From: Candidatus Poribacteria bacterium | Lineage (GTDB): Bacteria; Abyssobacteria; SURF-5 | Direction: 5' to 3' | Length of the DNA: 64,000 bases | Assembly: GCA_016215705.1 (NCBI GenBank) | Contig: JACRIR010000053.1 | Location: 11,973-75,972 of the forward strand | Shown: positions 19,942-29,943 of the stretch, in pieces | Layout of the letters: the number at the start of each line of letters is the position of its first letter | Position numbering within the stretch: the first letter of the stretch is position 1 | Notes under the pieces: generated by a model | Databases searched by the model: none | Told to the model about the DNA's origin: nothing | Seen by the model: only the letters and a program-made list of their open reading frames with translations | Made by a program: the position numbers and the translations under genes

Positions 19942-20646
19942 CTAGTTCTTCCTTAGCGTGAAGCACACCTGTTGCGCGAAAAGGTTCGGCATAAGGTCTC
20001 GCAAAAGCGGGATGCCACTCGCCGCTTCTTCCGAGCAAATCGTAAAACCAAGGTGGCGAACCCAGCCTCTGAAATCGGAAACGCTCCAGAAGCGAACATG
20101 CTCGGCCGGATGGCACACCCATTGCGATGGGAAGCGGCCGGCAAACATAAGGCAAAGCCGGTTCAACAGGTAAGCGATGTTTGGCGCTGAGATGACTATG
20201 GCATCGGAGCACTCGGCCGCGGATGTCATCAATCTCTCCGCCTCAACACAATGTTCGACGACTTCGGTCAGCACGGCAAAATCGAAACGTCCATATTCGT
20301 TTCCCAATGGCTCGGCCGCAACGTCACGGACTATCGCTGTTACCCCCTTTTGACGCGAAAGCGAAACCGCGCGTTCCGATATGTCGATCGCGACCACGTC
20401 GCAACGCTTGCGGCTTCCGAGATAGTGCGCAAAGTCGCCCGAGCCGCATCCTATCTCCAGCACACGGGAGCGGTCCGGTATGTGGCCTGCAAGCAGCATA
20501 TGCCGCCGTTTCAGGTGCGCCTTTCCCTCGAGCAACCGCCAGTAGCTGTCATAGTCGAGGCACTCGTCCTTGTATTCCGGTCGCCTGACGTATTCCATGC
20601 CGGGAAGCAGCCGGGTCGTCAATCTTCTCGCCAATCCTACCTGCAT
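19942..20646 (-). CDS. Class I SAM-dependent methyltransferase (MetW-like family)
   Basis: VLEIGCGSG, IDIS, EVVEH, ISAPN, GRFP. Confidence 0.88.
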   Translation of the reverse strand: MQVGLARRLTTRLLPGMEYVRRPEYKDECLDYDSYWRLLEGKAHLKRRHMLLAGHIPDRSRVLEIGCGSGDFAHYLGSRKRCDVVAIDISERAVSLSRQKGVTAIVRDVAAEPLGNEYGRFDFAVLTEVVEHCVEAERLMTSAAECSDAIVISAPNIAYLLNRLCLMFAGRFPSQWVCHPAEHVRFWSVSDFRGWVRHLGFTICSEEAASGIPLLRDLMPNLFAQQVCFTLRKN

Positions 20647-21878
20647 AGGTCCTCCAATGCCGCAATGATCGTCTCAGCCCTCTTGCCGAACGTATACTTC
20701 TCATTCACTTCCCTGTAAGCGGTCTCGCTGATTTTGCGCGCAAGCTCCTTATCTTCAAGCGCGACGGCAATTCCTTCTGCGAGTGATTCCGGAGAGTCCG
20801 GTCGCACAAGTATTGCATTCTCCTTGTGTCGAAGGATTTCCCTCGTGGAAGGCAGGTCCGACGCCACAATCGGTTTGCGGGCCGCCATGTATTCAAACTG
20901 CTTCATCGAGGACGCAAAATTGCGTGTTACTTCATCATCGACCAGCGGCATGACGAGCACGTCCGGTCTTGAAAGAAATGATCCGATGCGCGAAGGCGCG
21001 ACAAATCCGGTGAAGGTTATCCTGTTTTCCACACCAAGAGAGCGCGCCAAATTGGAGAGTCTCTCGATATCCTTCCGATTATCGCTTCCTCCCACGATCA
21101 GGAGTCTGACCGACTTGTCCAGCAATGGCATTGCCTGAACGAGCACGTCTACGCCTCTCGAAGGAAAAAGCTGGCCGACGTAGCCCACGAGCGAAGTATG
21201 TCCGTTGTTCGGGGGGGGGCCCGGCTCCATGTCAATCCTCCTTGCGGCGTCGGGCGCGACGACTATCTTTTGACAGGAGCCGGGATACTCACTTGAAAGT
21301 ATTTCCGCAAGTCTGCGGGTTAAAACGAAGACGGCGCTTGCTTTCCGAATGGCGCGGCGCTCAAATGAAGAGTAAAGCCTGATCTTCAATGAATTCACCG
21401 GTCTGGATTCGCCGTACCACCTTTGACTATGGTTGAGCGAAACTCGAATGGAGTTGTGGGCTTCATATGCAAACCTGGTCGGGCCTCGGAGCCCCGGTAC
21501 ACGGGTCAGCAAAGAAAGCATGGAGGCGTCCCTGGAAAAAATGACGACGTTGTGAGCGCGGCCGGCAATGCCGAGAACCGAACGAATCAGCAGCGCGCGA
21601 TACAGAAGGTTGTCGGCTTTGCCGACGATCCTGGTCCGTGAATGTGCAAGCGGAATAGAATGAATCTCGAATGCGGGATTCGCATTCAGCCCGTAATACT
21701 CCCGTATCTTTTCGGGACCCCAGCCGGACGCATTGCGCAGAATAAGGTAAACGCGCGCCAGGCCGGTTTGTGCAAGCGAATCGCAAGTGTTCAAGGTCTG
21801 GATCATATTCGCCATCTGCGAAGGGAATCCGATATTGGTGTACGGATAAATTATCGTAAACTCCTTCATCGCGTTCAC
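20637..21878 (-). CDS. Glycosyltransferase family 4
   Basis: YEAH, YVGQL..RGV, SMKQFEYMA. Confidence 0.9.
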   Translation of the reverse strand: MNAMKEFTIIYPYTNIGFPSQMANMIQTLNTCDSLAQTGLARVYLILRNASGWGPEKIREYYGLNANPAFEIHSIPLAHSRTRIVGKADNLLYRALLIRSVLGIAGRAHNVVIFSRDASMLSLLTRVPGLRGPTRFAYEAHNSIRVSLNHSQRWYGESRPVNSLKIRLYSSFERRAIRKASAVFVLTRRLAEILSSEYPGSCQKIVVAPDAARRIDMEPGPPPNNGHTSLVGYVGQLFPSRGVDVLVQAMPLLDKSVRLLIVGGSDNRKDIERLSNLARSLGVENRITFTGFVAPSRIGSFLSRPDVLVMPLVDDEVTRNFASSMKQFEYMAARKPIVASDLPSTREILRHKENAILVRPDSPESLAEGIAVALEDKELARKISETAYREVNEKYTFGKRAETIIAALEDLCR

Positions 21879-22978
21879 CTTATCTTCGCCAGGAATTGGT
21901 TGGCGGAACGTTCAAGCGTGAAGGCTCGCGCCCGTTCGAGTCCGAGACGCTTCATCTGTTCGGCGAGAGTCCGGTCATTAAGCAGTTCGACGACGCGCCC
22001 TGCAAAAGCCTCGACATTGTGGGGCGGAACGAGAAACGGACTCAGCGATTCACCTACCAGTTCGGCTACGCCCCCAACGTCTGTGGCGACAAATGGAACG
22101 CCCATTGCCATCGCCTCCAACAACACATGCGGCGCCCCTTCGGCCTCAGAAGGCATAATCAACAGGTCTGCATCCGAATAGATACGCGGCATTTCAGAAT
22201 TGGGAACAGCGCCGCACATCGTGACATTCGGAAGCTTACTTATCTCATCCCAATACTTCCCTCGACCCGCCACAAAAAATCTGGAGTGCGGCGCGGATTC
22301 GAGGACGAGGGGGATTATCCGGCGGAGATGATGAGCCCCCTTTTCCTTCGAGAGTGTGTGAACGAAGAGAATGTGCTTCCGGCCATTCCTTGATCGGTCC
22401 CGGGTCCGCAAATCGTGGACAAACCGTGTATGCGAAACGTATGGAGGCAATATCACGAACTTGCCACCGGGTAAACCGTACTTTTCCTGATACCACCGGG
22501 CCACCGAGGGCGAAGCGGTCACAACGAAGTCGGATGACCGGAATGAAGCGGACTTGAGCAATGGGTGCAATTTCCTCATGATTCGCGAGCCGGCCTCGCC
22601 ATTGGATTCCCCGCAATGACAATGCCATTGGTAAACTCTTCCTCCGGCAATGCAGGTGACCACGCGGGCAAGGAGCGCATTCCATAGTGAATAGTGGATG
22701 TAAAAAGCCCCGTAACCGAGGAATCGAGCCAACAGGAAGACGGCGAGCGTCTCGAACATTCTGAGCGGCTTGAACGCGAACTTGTTCACATGGAAGAGTC
22801 GCGCGAATTCAGGAGCAGTCTGACCGGCCGAACGCGTCACAATGAGAAAGACGTCGCATCGATCGGAAATCGAACGCAAAAGGTCGCTCACGTGCTGAAG
22901 ATGATCCGCGCTTTTCTCGTCCAGTTCAGGCAAGTAGCAACAGACTTTGGCCTTATTCCGCTTTGAAGATATCTTCAC
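21875..22978 (-). CDS. Glycosyltransferase family 4
   Basis: LSKEKG, EGAPHVLLEA. GTG start overlaps the upstream TGA. Confidence 0.9.
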   Translation of the reverse strand: MKISSKRNKAKVCCYLPELDEKSADHLQHVSDLLRSISDRCDVFLIVTRSAGQTAPEFARLFHVNKFAFKPLRMFETLAVFLLARFLGYGAFYIHYSLWNALLARVVTCIAGGRVYQWHCHCGESNGEAGSRIMRKLHPLLKSASFRSSDFVVTASPSVARWYQEKYGLPGGKFVILPPYVSHTRFVHDLRTRDRSRNGRKHILFVHTLSKEKGAHHLRRIIPLVLESAPHSRFFVAGRGKYWDEISKLPNVTMCGAVPNSEMPRIYSDADLLIMPSEAEGAPHVLLEAMAMGVPFVATDVGGVAELVGESLSPFLVPPHNVEAFAGRVVELLNDRTLAEQMKRLGLERARAFTLERSANQFLAKIR

Positions 22979-23763
22979 CGTGGCCTCACACAAAGAAGTA
23001 GATATTCATTGCCGAATGTTAGCGGGCCGATGCCGAATGATCCGAACCGGAGGATTCCGGAAATCCTTCGCTCGAGGGAAACAAGCTTCCCGGACCGCGC
23101 CCGCGCGGCGACAACAGACCGCAACGGGTATTGGAATCCCACGAGTTTGTGAGCGACCATGGTCAACCGGGCCTCGGCAAGCATCGGGCGCATTCGCGCT
23201 ATGCTCGTAAAATGAAGGTGTTCGTTGAATCTCTTCTTCCGCCCATTCAGATATTTGAGTCTTGAAAGCGTGCTGATCACGGCGGGCTGCATGATGGAGT
23301 CAGCCGGAGCGCTAATCAGGCATCTTCCGTCCCGACGCAGAAGGCGCCCTATTTCCACAAGAAGCGAGAGCGGGTCGAGAACGTGCTCAAGCAGCTCAAA
23401 GCAGAAGACCATATCAAACGAAGCGCTCTTTAGTGGAACGCATTCCGCATCGGCGGCAATGGTGTGACAGCGTTCGATGCGGCCGCGCATGACTCTCAGC
23501 TTGGAGAACGAAAGGTCAAGGCCGATACAGACTGAACACGGCTGCCTGCCCAGCGCGTGTTCGGTGGCGTAGCCGTCACCGCATCCGAGATCGAGCACCC
23601 GCGCAGCGGGCGAAAACGGCAGATGCCTCGCGGCGAAGTCGGCTATCTCCCTCAGCCGCAGGTATTGCGCGTAGGTTCGCGTCCGATCCGCTTTGTACAT
23701 TCTCTGCTCGTCGTCGCTTTGCTGAGAGTAGTAGCGGATGAGGTAGTCTTTAGTGATGTCCAT
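22975..23763 (-). CDS. Class I SAM-dependent methyltransferase
   Basis: VLDLGCGDG, GLDLS, ADAE, FD...ELLEHV. Start MDITKD. Confidence 0.9.
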   Translation of the reverse strand: MDITKDYLIRYYSQQSDDEQRMYKADRTRTYAQYLRLREIADFAARHLPFSPAARVLDLGCGDGYATEHALGRQPCSVCIGLDLSFSKLRVMRGRIERCHTIAADAECVPLKSASFDMVFCFELLEHVLDPLSLLVEIGRLLRRDGRCLISAPADSIMQPAVISTLSRLKYLNGRKKRFNEHLHFTSIARMRPMLAEARLTMVAHKLVGFQYPLRSVVAARARSGKLVSLERRISGILRFGSFGIGPLTFGNEYLLLCVRPR

Positions 23764-24949
23764 TCGTTTCGCTCGCCTGCAAGAACATTCGATGATAGCC
23801 CTTGAGAATCGACTCTTCACTATACTTGGCCAGGAGATGGCTTCGAGCGGCCCGCCCCATTTCCGCCGCCTTTACAGGGTCGCGGAGAAGCTCGAGCGTT
23901 GTTCCCGCCAATTGAGCCGGGTTGTCCCTTTCCACGATAAAACCGGTCGTTCCGTCTATTATCGCGTCGGATGCGCCACTCACATCCGTTGAGACCGAGG
24001 GGCGCCCCGCTGCCGCAGCCTCCAGGACTACGATTGCGTTTCCCTCATAAAGAGAGGGCAATATAAAGACGTCGCACGCCGCGAAATACTCAGGCAGTTG
24101 CTGGTGTTCTATGGCGCCGAGAAAAACGACTTTCTGTTCCAGACCTAGTCTCCGGACGCGCTCTTCGAGGTCGGCCAGCTCACGCCCCTGCCCGATGACA
24201 AGGAGCAACGCCGTGTTCCATGACTCGGAGATTATCTTCATAGCCGAAATAAGATTGTGAACGTTTTTCTGTTTGACCAGGCGTCCAACGAACAGCAAGA
24301 GGCGGTCGAATCTGTCGACAAGAAGGCGGGCGCGAACATCTTCTCCACGCGCGGAGGCGAACCGCGTAAAGTCGGTAAGCCAGCCGATCTCGTGTATGCG
24401 CTCCTGAGAAACACCCATCGCGGTCAGCTTCTCACGCTCGGACGCGCTGCAAACCCTGAATCCCGCCCCTCGTTTTATCAGCCATTTGCCGACGGCATTC
24501 ATGAACCTGTTCCTCGGCGACTCTCTGCGCCAGTATGGGTTGTCAATCATGTCGCCCGCAAAGGAAAAAACAACCGGCTTCTCGAACACTCGCCCGAGAA
24601 CATAACCGACCACGCCTGATGAGAATGGGTCTTGCGTGTAGACGACGTCAATCGGCGTTCTCCGCATTATCTCCGATCCCAGTTTCACCGCATCGGCCAT
24701 GAAACCGACGCGCCCTCGGGAATTGGTCGGATATAAAAAGCATCGATCCCCCAGACGCGACTCCCGTTGGATCGCCGAGTGGAAACTACGCATCACGATA
24801 TGAATGCTGTCGCATACGGACTGCAAAGCCATGACCCGGCGCGTTGAATCGCCCAGTCGCCCATCCGTGCCCTTGGCCAGATTTGAATCAAGGCTTATGC
24901 ACAGGACACGCGGCAAACGTTGATTTTTCTGTTCGTAAACCGTATCCAA
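23750..24949 (-). CDS. Glycosyltransferase family 4
   Basis: FVGRLVKQK, EGNAIVVLEA. Confidence 0.92.
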   Translation of the reverse strand: MDTVYEQKNQRLPRVLCISLDSNLAKGTDGRLGDSTRRVMALQSVCDSIHIVMRSFHSAIQRESRLGDRCFLYPTNSRGRVGFMADAVKLGSEIMRRTPIDVVYTQDPFSSGVVGYVLGRVFEKPVVFSFAGDMIDNPYWRRESPRNRFMNAVGKWLIKRGAGFRVCSASEREKLTAMGVSQERIHEIGWLTDFTRFASARGEDVRARLLVDRFDRLLLFVGRLVKQKNVHNLISAMKIISESWNTALLLVIGQGRELADLEERVRRLGLEQKVVFLGAIEHQQLPEYFAACDVFILPSLYEGNAIVVLEAAAAGRPSVSTDVSGASDAIIDGTTGFIVERDNPAQLAGTTLELLRDPVKAAEMGRAARSHLLAKYSEESILKGYHRMFLQASETNGHH

Positions 24950-24952
24950 TGT

Positions 24953-26392
24953 TCAGACCTTCAAACGGCTGTGAATGGAGCGCAAACACTTCCCCATGTA
25001 TGACCCGTTCAACGTGCGTCGCAAAAGGAAATCCACGAGCCTGGCGTCATAAGGCAACTGCAGAAACTGGCGCTTCAGCCGGAATTCGGCGACCATATCG
25101 AGCAACGGCAACCGATAGTTCAGGAATTTGAGATATTCACGTATCCAATAGAGATCATCGCTCTTGGCCCATGGCAGCCTCAGCATGGGGCTCCATCTGT
25201 CCATGATGCCCCACCCCTTTGTTGTGCCAGGTGGCTCAAAACCCTCGGCCAGCGCTATTTCATAGAGCGCGGTTCCCGGATACGGAAGATAGGGGCCGAC
25301 CGTTATTGTCTTGTTTCGATGGACTTTATGAATCCACAGAAGCATTTCGATCGTCTTCTTCAACTCTTCCGGCTTCTCGGTCGGCAGACCCGTTATGGCG
25401 GAATAGCCGACCCTCAAGTCATATTTGGCAAGAAGTTTCACGGCTTTCTTGATGTCTTCGCAGGTTATCTTCTTGCCCAGGAGATTCAGAATGCGGTCAC
25501 TGCCTGACTCGACTCCAATCAGCAGGTCAAATACGCCGAACTCTTTAAGTCGCTGGAGCAGGGTCTCGTCAACCAGATCGATACGGATATCGGTCTTGGC
25601 GGGAATAGCGATACCTGCGAGAATCTCGACGGCCCGTTTCTTGTTCACGAAGAAGGTGTCGTCATAGAAACATACGGCATCGATGCCGTACTCTCGCTTG
25701 AGAAAGCCGATTTCCTCGATGACGCGATCCGGTGACTTGGCGCGCCAGCGTCCCCGATTGAATCGCTGGTTATAGCAGAACGCGCATTGATAGGGACACC
25801 CTCTGCTGGTCTTGTAGGCAACAACGCGCGAGAAGCTCCTCAGCCGGGTAAAATAGGAGGGAACATCAAGCAGATCAAACCGAAGCCGATACTTATCATT
25901 GTCCAGATTCTCGATAAAAGGTCTCGGAGCATTAAGTCGAACTGTGCCGCGGCTCTTGTATCCCAGCCCTGGTATCGAGTCGAAGCTTTTCGTGTGGTCG
26001 AGCATCCGCGCGAGGTCAATTGCCGTCTCTTCACCCTCGCCAACCACGACAAAGTCGATGTAGTCTTCGCCCAGGCATTGCTGTGGAACGAGGGAAGGAT
26101 GAATGCCTCCCCACACGATGGGAATGGTCTCGTCGGAGCGCCTGATTGCTTCGGAGAGAAGCGCGGAATGAAGCGTCTGGGGCCCGGTCATAACGGAGAA
26201 CCCCACAAAGAGCGGCTTTTCCTTCACTATCCCGGCGCTGGTCGCCTCGATCTGTTTCTCCGTGCAGTGGATGATACGGACGTCGAAGCCAACGTTCTTG
26301 AGAGCGCTTCCCACGTGGAGTAAACCGAGCGGCATTATGTCAGTGGAAAAATCGCCGCTGTTTTCCACCTGAACGAGACATATCATTTCCAA
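24953..26392 (-). CDS. Cobalamin-binding radical SAM protein #3
   Basis: PLGLLHV, WGGIHPS, GEGE, RGCPYQCAFC, GVESGS. Confidence 0.92.
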   Translation of the reverse strand: MEMICLVQVENSGDFSTDIMPLGLLHVGSALKNVGFDVRIIHCTEKQIEATSAGIVKEKPLFVGFSVMTGPQTLHSALLSEAIRRSDETIPIVWGGIHPSLVPQQCLGEDYIDFVVVGEGEETAIDLARMLDHTKSFDSIPGLGYKSRGTVRLNAPRPFIENLDNDKYRLRFDLLDVPSYFTRLRSFSRVVAYKTSRGCPYQCAFCYNQRFNRGRWRAKSPDRVIEEIGFLKREYGIDAVCFYDDTFFVNKKRAVEILAGIAIPAKTDIRIDLVDETLLQRLKEFGVFDLLIGVESGSDRILNLLGKKITCEDIKKAVKLLAKYDLRVGYSAITGLPTEKPEELKKTIEMLLWIHKVHRNKTITVGPYLPYPGTALYEIALAEGFEPPGTTKGWGIMDRWSPMLRLPWAKSDDLYWIREYLKFLNYRLPLLDMVAEFRLKRQFLQLPYDARLVDFLLRRTLNGSYMGKCLRSIHSRLKV

Positions 26393-27606
26393 CTCTCCAA
26401 TTTTGCTTCAACTCGAGCCCGCTCCCGCAAATCGCAGCGCCCGGCCCGTTCAATGGCAAACCGATAAAGGTTCACGACTTCATCCAGATTCTCTTCGATA
26501 TCGAATCTTCTTGCATGTTCGGCGGCGAACTGTCCCATGGCTATACGAAGGTCGTCATGGTCAATCAGTGTCTGCAGACGGGCCGCCATTTCCGCCGTGT
26601 CGCCCGCGCTAACCAGATAGCCTGCGCGTCCGTGGGGCACTACGTCGGGCACGCCGCCGGTGTTGACCGCCACAACCGGCAATCCCGCAGCCATCGCTTG
26701 CACGAGAGCGATTCCGAACGGTTCGTAGCGGCTGGCCGAGCAGAAGATGTGGGCGCTTTGAAAATGTTCTTTCATTCCCGTGGGGGACTCCGGTCCAACC
26801 AGGCAAACATAGTTTTCCAGCCCCATTTCTCGCGTCATTATTTCCAGCCGCGAGGTTATTTCCCGGTTCTCTCCGCCGACGATCTTCAACCTGACACGAC
26901 GCTTGTCAAGCACGCTGAACGCAGTAAGCACGTCCTCGACGCGCTTCCAGCGCGCGAACCGGCACGCCGAGAGTATTGTCAATTGCCCGTTCGTCCCGGC
27001 ACACGAATCGGTCGCTGCCCGCCTGTCCAATCGGATGAAGTTGGGCATGGTGACCACTTTTTCCGCGGACACTCTGTGGTAGTCGTAAACCGACCGAGTT
27101 TGAAAGGTGGACGTCGACCAAACGGCGTCAAACAGCGAAAAGCAGTATCGCTCAAGCATCGCCAGCGCTCTCGCCGGAAGCGAACTCGTGAAGACTCCTT
27201 CGTATGAGCCTGCATAACCCTTTGAAGCGGTCCTCTCCCAAACAAGGTCTCCGGCATACTTGACGACAGAGGGTATTCCCAGCTTCCGCGCAACCCGTCC
27301 TGACACGAGACAGAGGTAATTCATGCCGGAGACGTGGTGTACAACGTCAGGCCGTGTCTCCGTCAGAATTCTCATGGATTGATGATAGGCATTCGCGTAC
27401 TTTGTCGGCGCAGAGAGTCCTCCGCCGAATTCCCGCAATCGGTGAACCGGAATCCCGTCAACGCTCTCGAACGAGTTGTCTTCCCCGAACGTGATGACAA
27501 AGGCGTCAAAACCCCTTTGTCTGAGTTCAAGCGCCAGATGATACGTCTGGGTCGAGGGACCGCTTATTCGCGGCGGGAATACACTGGTAAACAGGCAGAC
27601 TCTCAA
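26383..27606 (-). CDS. Glycosyltransferase family 4
   Basis: FPPRISG, RFARWK, EPFGIALVQA. Confidence 0.9.
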   Translation of the reverse strand: MRVCLFTSVFPPRISGPSTQTYHLALELRQRGFDAFVITFGEDNSFESVDGIPVHRLREFGGGLSAPTKYANAYHQSMRILTETRPDVVHHVSGMNYLCLVSGRVARKLGIPSVVKYAGDLVWERTASKGYAGSYEGVFTSSLPARALAMLERYCFSLFDAVWSTSTFQTRSVYDYHRVSAEKVVTMPNFIRLDRRAATDSCAGTNGQLTILSACRFARWKRVEDVLTAFSVLDKRRVRLKIVGGENREITSRLEIMTREMGLENYVCLVGPESPTGMKEHFQSAHIFCSASRYEPFGIALVQAMAAGLPVVAVNTGGVPDVVPHGRAGYLVSAGDTAEMAARLQTLIDHDDLRIAMGQFAAEHARRFDIEENLDEVVNLYRFAIERAGRCDLRERARVEAKLESWK

Positions 27607-27609
27607 TTA

Positions 27610-29145
27610 TCACCTCGCAACCAGGCGCGATTTGACTCGGAACACTTCAGCGGCCTTTCGCACGCGCCGCCTTCCCTTGGTCGAGAACGCATGCATGACC
27701 GCAAGATGCGTCGCCATAAGAACCGATTGCTCCAGCGCATATAGCGGATGCTTCCAAAGATTCGTGGATATATGAAACTTGTAGTTGGTCGGAAGTGAGA
27801 CCTCTCGTTCAAATTTTGCGAAAAGCTCGTTGAATCGCTGCGGCGTCATGTCGGCGAACGTGAAATCCGCGGCGACATATTTGTCCCACAGGTCATCCCA
27901 GTTGTCCGGCTTGCTTATTATTCCGTTCGCAAGGAACTCCTTGTAAAGTCGCGTGCCGGGAATCGGATACAACTTCCCTTTGTTTATCCGGTCCGGATGA
28001 CACCTCTTCAGGAACGATATCGTTGCGAGAATGTCATCTGCCGTCTCCGTGGGAAGCCCCATCATCATGTTGACTTCGCACGAGATGCCGGCCTCTTTCG
28101 TGTGCCTGACGGCGGCTTCGTTTTGTTCCACGTTGGCTTTCTTGCCTAACAGATCGAGTATCCGTTGAGAGCCGCTTTCACACCCGTAAATAATCCGGAC
28201 GCATCCTGCTTCCCTCATGAGCTTCAGCAAAGCGGGCGTGACGCAATCCACCCTAAGATTCGTCCCCCATCGAATCCTGCCGGATATGCCGGAACTGAGC
28301 ATTTTCTCGCACAGCAATTCGACACGCGCCTTGCGAAGCGCGAATATGTCCTCGGCGAACAGAATGCCGTCCACTCCATATTCGTTCATGAGATGGGTGA
28401 TTTCATTCATGACATACTCCGGCGACTGGAATCTCACGTAAGGGCCCGTGTTGGCGGCGGCGAGGCAGTCCCTTGCGCAATAGCTGCATGAGTACGGACA
28501 TCCGCGAGTTGTAAACACGTTCGTGGCATTGAGGAAAAAGCCTCGCAAAGTTGTGCCGTTGCTGCTGAAATAGGTTTGCCGGTCCAGCAGATGACGCGCT
28601 GGATAAGGCAGTTGATCGAGGTCCTGCACAAACGCTCTTATGGGATTGTGGATGATTCCCAGGCCGCCGCGGAGCGTCAAACCCTTGATAGTGGGGAATG
28701 GCGCGCCCGAGGCAATCTCGCACATTACCTCTTCACCCTCTCCCCTGACAACTGCGTCTATCTCCGGGCATTGATCGAGCGTGCTTGCGGGCTCAACCGT
28801 GGCATGACATCCTCCAACTATCACCTGAATGGAAGAATCGAGTCGCTTCACGATCTTTGCCGTCCTGTAAGCATCGGATATCTGCGTGGTCGTGGCGGTA
28901 ACACCCACGATCGCGGGACCGAATCCGCCCAGGACAGCGCGCGTTAAATCATCAAGAGCCGCCAGGTTTTCATGCGTCCTCTTGCGTCCGCCGATAAGCC
29001 ACCGCCTCTCCAGGATTCTCACCTCATGCCCCGCCTTCTCGAGGGCGGCGGCGATATATGCGATTCCCAGCGGCGGCCATTTTGCGGCCAGATCGTTTTC
29101 CCACATGGAATTCTGAATGAGAGGATTGATAAGACACACTCGCAT
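27610..29145 (-). CDS. Cobalamin-binding radical SAM protein #4
   Basis: PPLGIAYIAA, GGCH, GEGE, RGCPYSCSYC, GCESGS. Confidence 0.92.
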   Translation of the reverse strand: MRVCLINPLIQNSMWENDLAAKWPPLGIAYIAAALEKAGHEVRILERRWLIGGRKRTHENLAALDDLTRAVLGGFGPAIVGVTATTTQISDAYRTAKIVKRLDSSIQVIVGGCHATVEPASTLDQCPEIDAVVRGEGEEVMCEIASGAPFPTIKGLTLRGGLGIIHNPIRAFVQDLDQLPYPARHLLDRQTYFSSNGTTLRGFFLNATNVFTTRGCPYSCSYCARDCLAAANTGPYVRFQSPEYVMNEITHLMNEYGVDGILFAEDIFALRKARVELLCEKMLSSGISGRIRWGTNLRVDCVTPALLKLMREAGCVRIIYGCESGSQRILDLLGKKANVEQNEAAVRHTKEAGISCEVNMMMGLPTETADDILATISFLKRCHPDRINKGKLYPIPGTRLYKEFLANGIISKPDNWDDLWDKYVAADFTFADMTPQRFNELFAKFEREVSLPTNYKFHISTNLWKHPLYALEQSVLMATHLAVMHAFSTKGRRRVRKAAEVFRVKSRLVAR

Positions 29146-29147
29146 GA

Positions 29148-29942
29148 TTACTCAACCTCCGTTGTTAGTGACAAAAGAAGTCTTTGTCTGACCCGGCTGA
29201 TTTGATATAAAGTACGGTTGTCCCTGAACACGTCATAACTTCCACTCAATTTCGTCTTGAATGTAAACATCGAATTGCCGCGATTGACTCCGACTCGCCT
29301 CATGGTGAACGGTGTCTCCGCTGTGCCCGGCCGGGTGGGCGTTACAAGCGCCCCCTTGAATCCTGCGTCCTTTACGAGATTGATCGTGGTTGAGTCGAAG
29401 TCCCCGAACGGATAGCAGAAGAAGTCGATCCCGGTCTGAAGCTTCTCTTCTATTATTCTCTTGGAGTCGCATATCTCCCGACGGGCTTCCTCGAGTCCGA
29501 TCGACGTAAGAAACGGATGCGAAAGAGTATGTGCTCCGAACCGGAAGCCCTCCCGTCGCATCTCACGGACTTGCTGCCACGTCAGAAACCCGTTCCGGCC
29601 TTCATCCGTTATTTTTCCCGCTACCAAAAACACAGTGGCCGTATAACCAAACTCCCGAAGAAGGCGTTTTGTCGGAAAATGCAGGTCGTTGAAGCCGTCA
29701 TCGAAAGTCATGGCAAATATTTTTTCCGTTTGCCTGCCCTCCGATTCTCGCGCCGCCATAATCTCGTCCAATCCGACGCTCCGATAGCCTTTTTGCCGGA
29801 GAAAGCTCAATTGGTTTCTGAAGGATGGCAAAGTTACACGAAGCGCATTCAGCACGAAAGTTCTGCCGCCGAAACAGACCCCCCTCACGTCAGGAAGCGT
29901 TTGTTCGACTCCGTGGTAGGCGATTATGGGCGCTATTCTCAT
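29148..29942 (-). CDS. Polysaccharide deacetylase (CE4/NodB, IcaB/PgaB-like)
   Basis: PIIAYH, TFDDG, FGAHTLSHP, FCYPFG. Start MRIAPII at 29942. Confidence 0.92.
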   Translation of the reverse strand: MRIAPIIAYHGVEQTLPDVRGVCFGGRTFVLNALRVTLPSFRNQLSFLRQKGYRSVGLDEIMAARESEGRQTEKIFAMTFDDGFNDLHFPTKRLLREFGYTATVFLVAGKITDEGRNGFLTWQQVREMRREGFRFGAHTLSHPFLTSIGLEEARREICDSKRIIEEKLQTGIDFFCYPFGDFDSTTINLVKDAGFKGALVTPTRPGTAETPFTMRRVGVNRGNSMFTFKTKLSGSYDVFRDNRTLYQISRVRQRLLLSLTTEVE

Positions 29943-29943
29943 T

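Noticed and set aside
17397-20212. Apparent long overlaps or N-terminal fusions in the ORF track (17397-18971, 18482-20212, 29148-30407, 54181-55587, 61334-62143)
   Set aside because: Downstream starts with RBS or stop/start coupling give normal-sized proteins. The extensions are not protein-like.
27603-27812. Small 69-aa ORF between rSAM and GT4
   Set aside because: Almost entirely nested in the rSAM gene in another frame, with no supporting features.
7575-29145. RiPP or phosphonate cluster explaining the B12-rSAMs
   Set aside because: No precursor peptide, peptidase or PEP mutase is present, and the intergenic gaps are too small to hide such genes.
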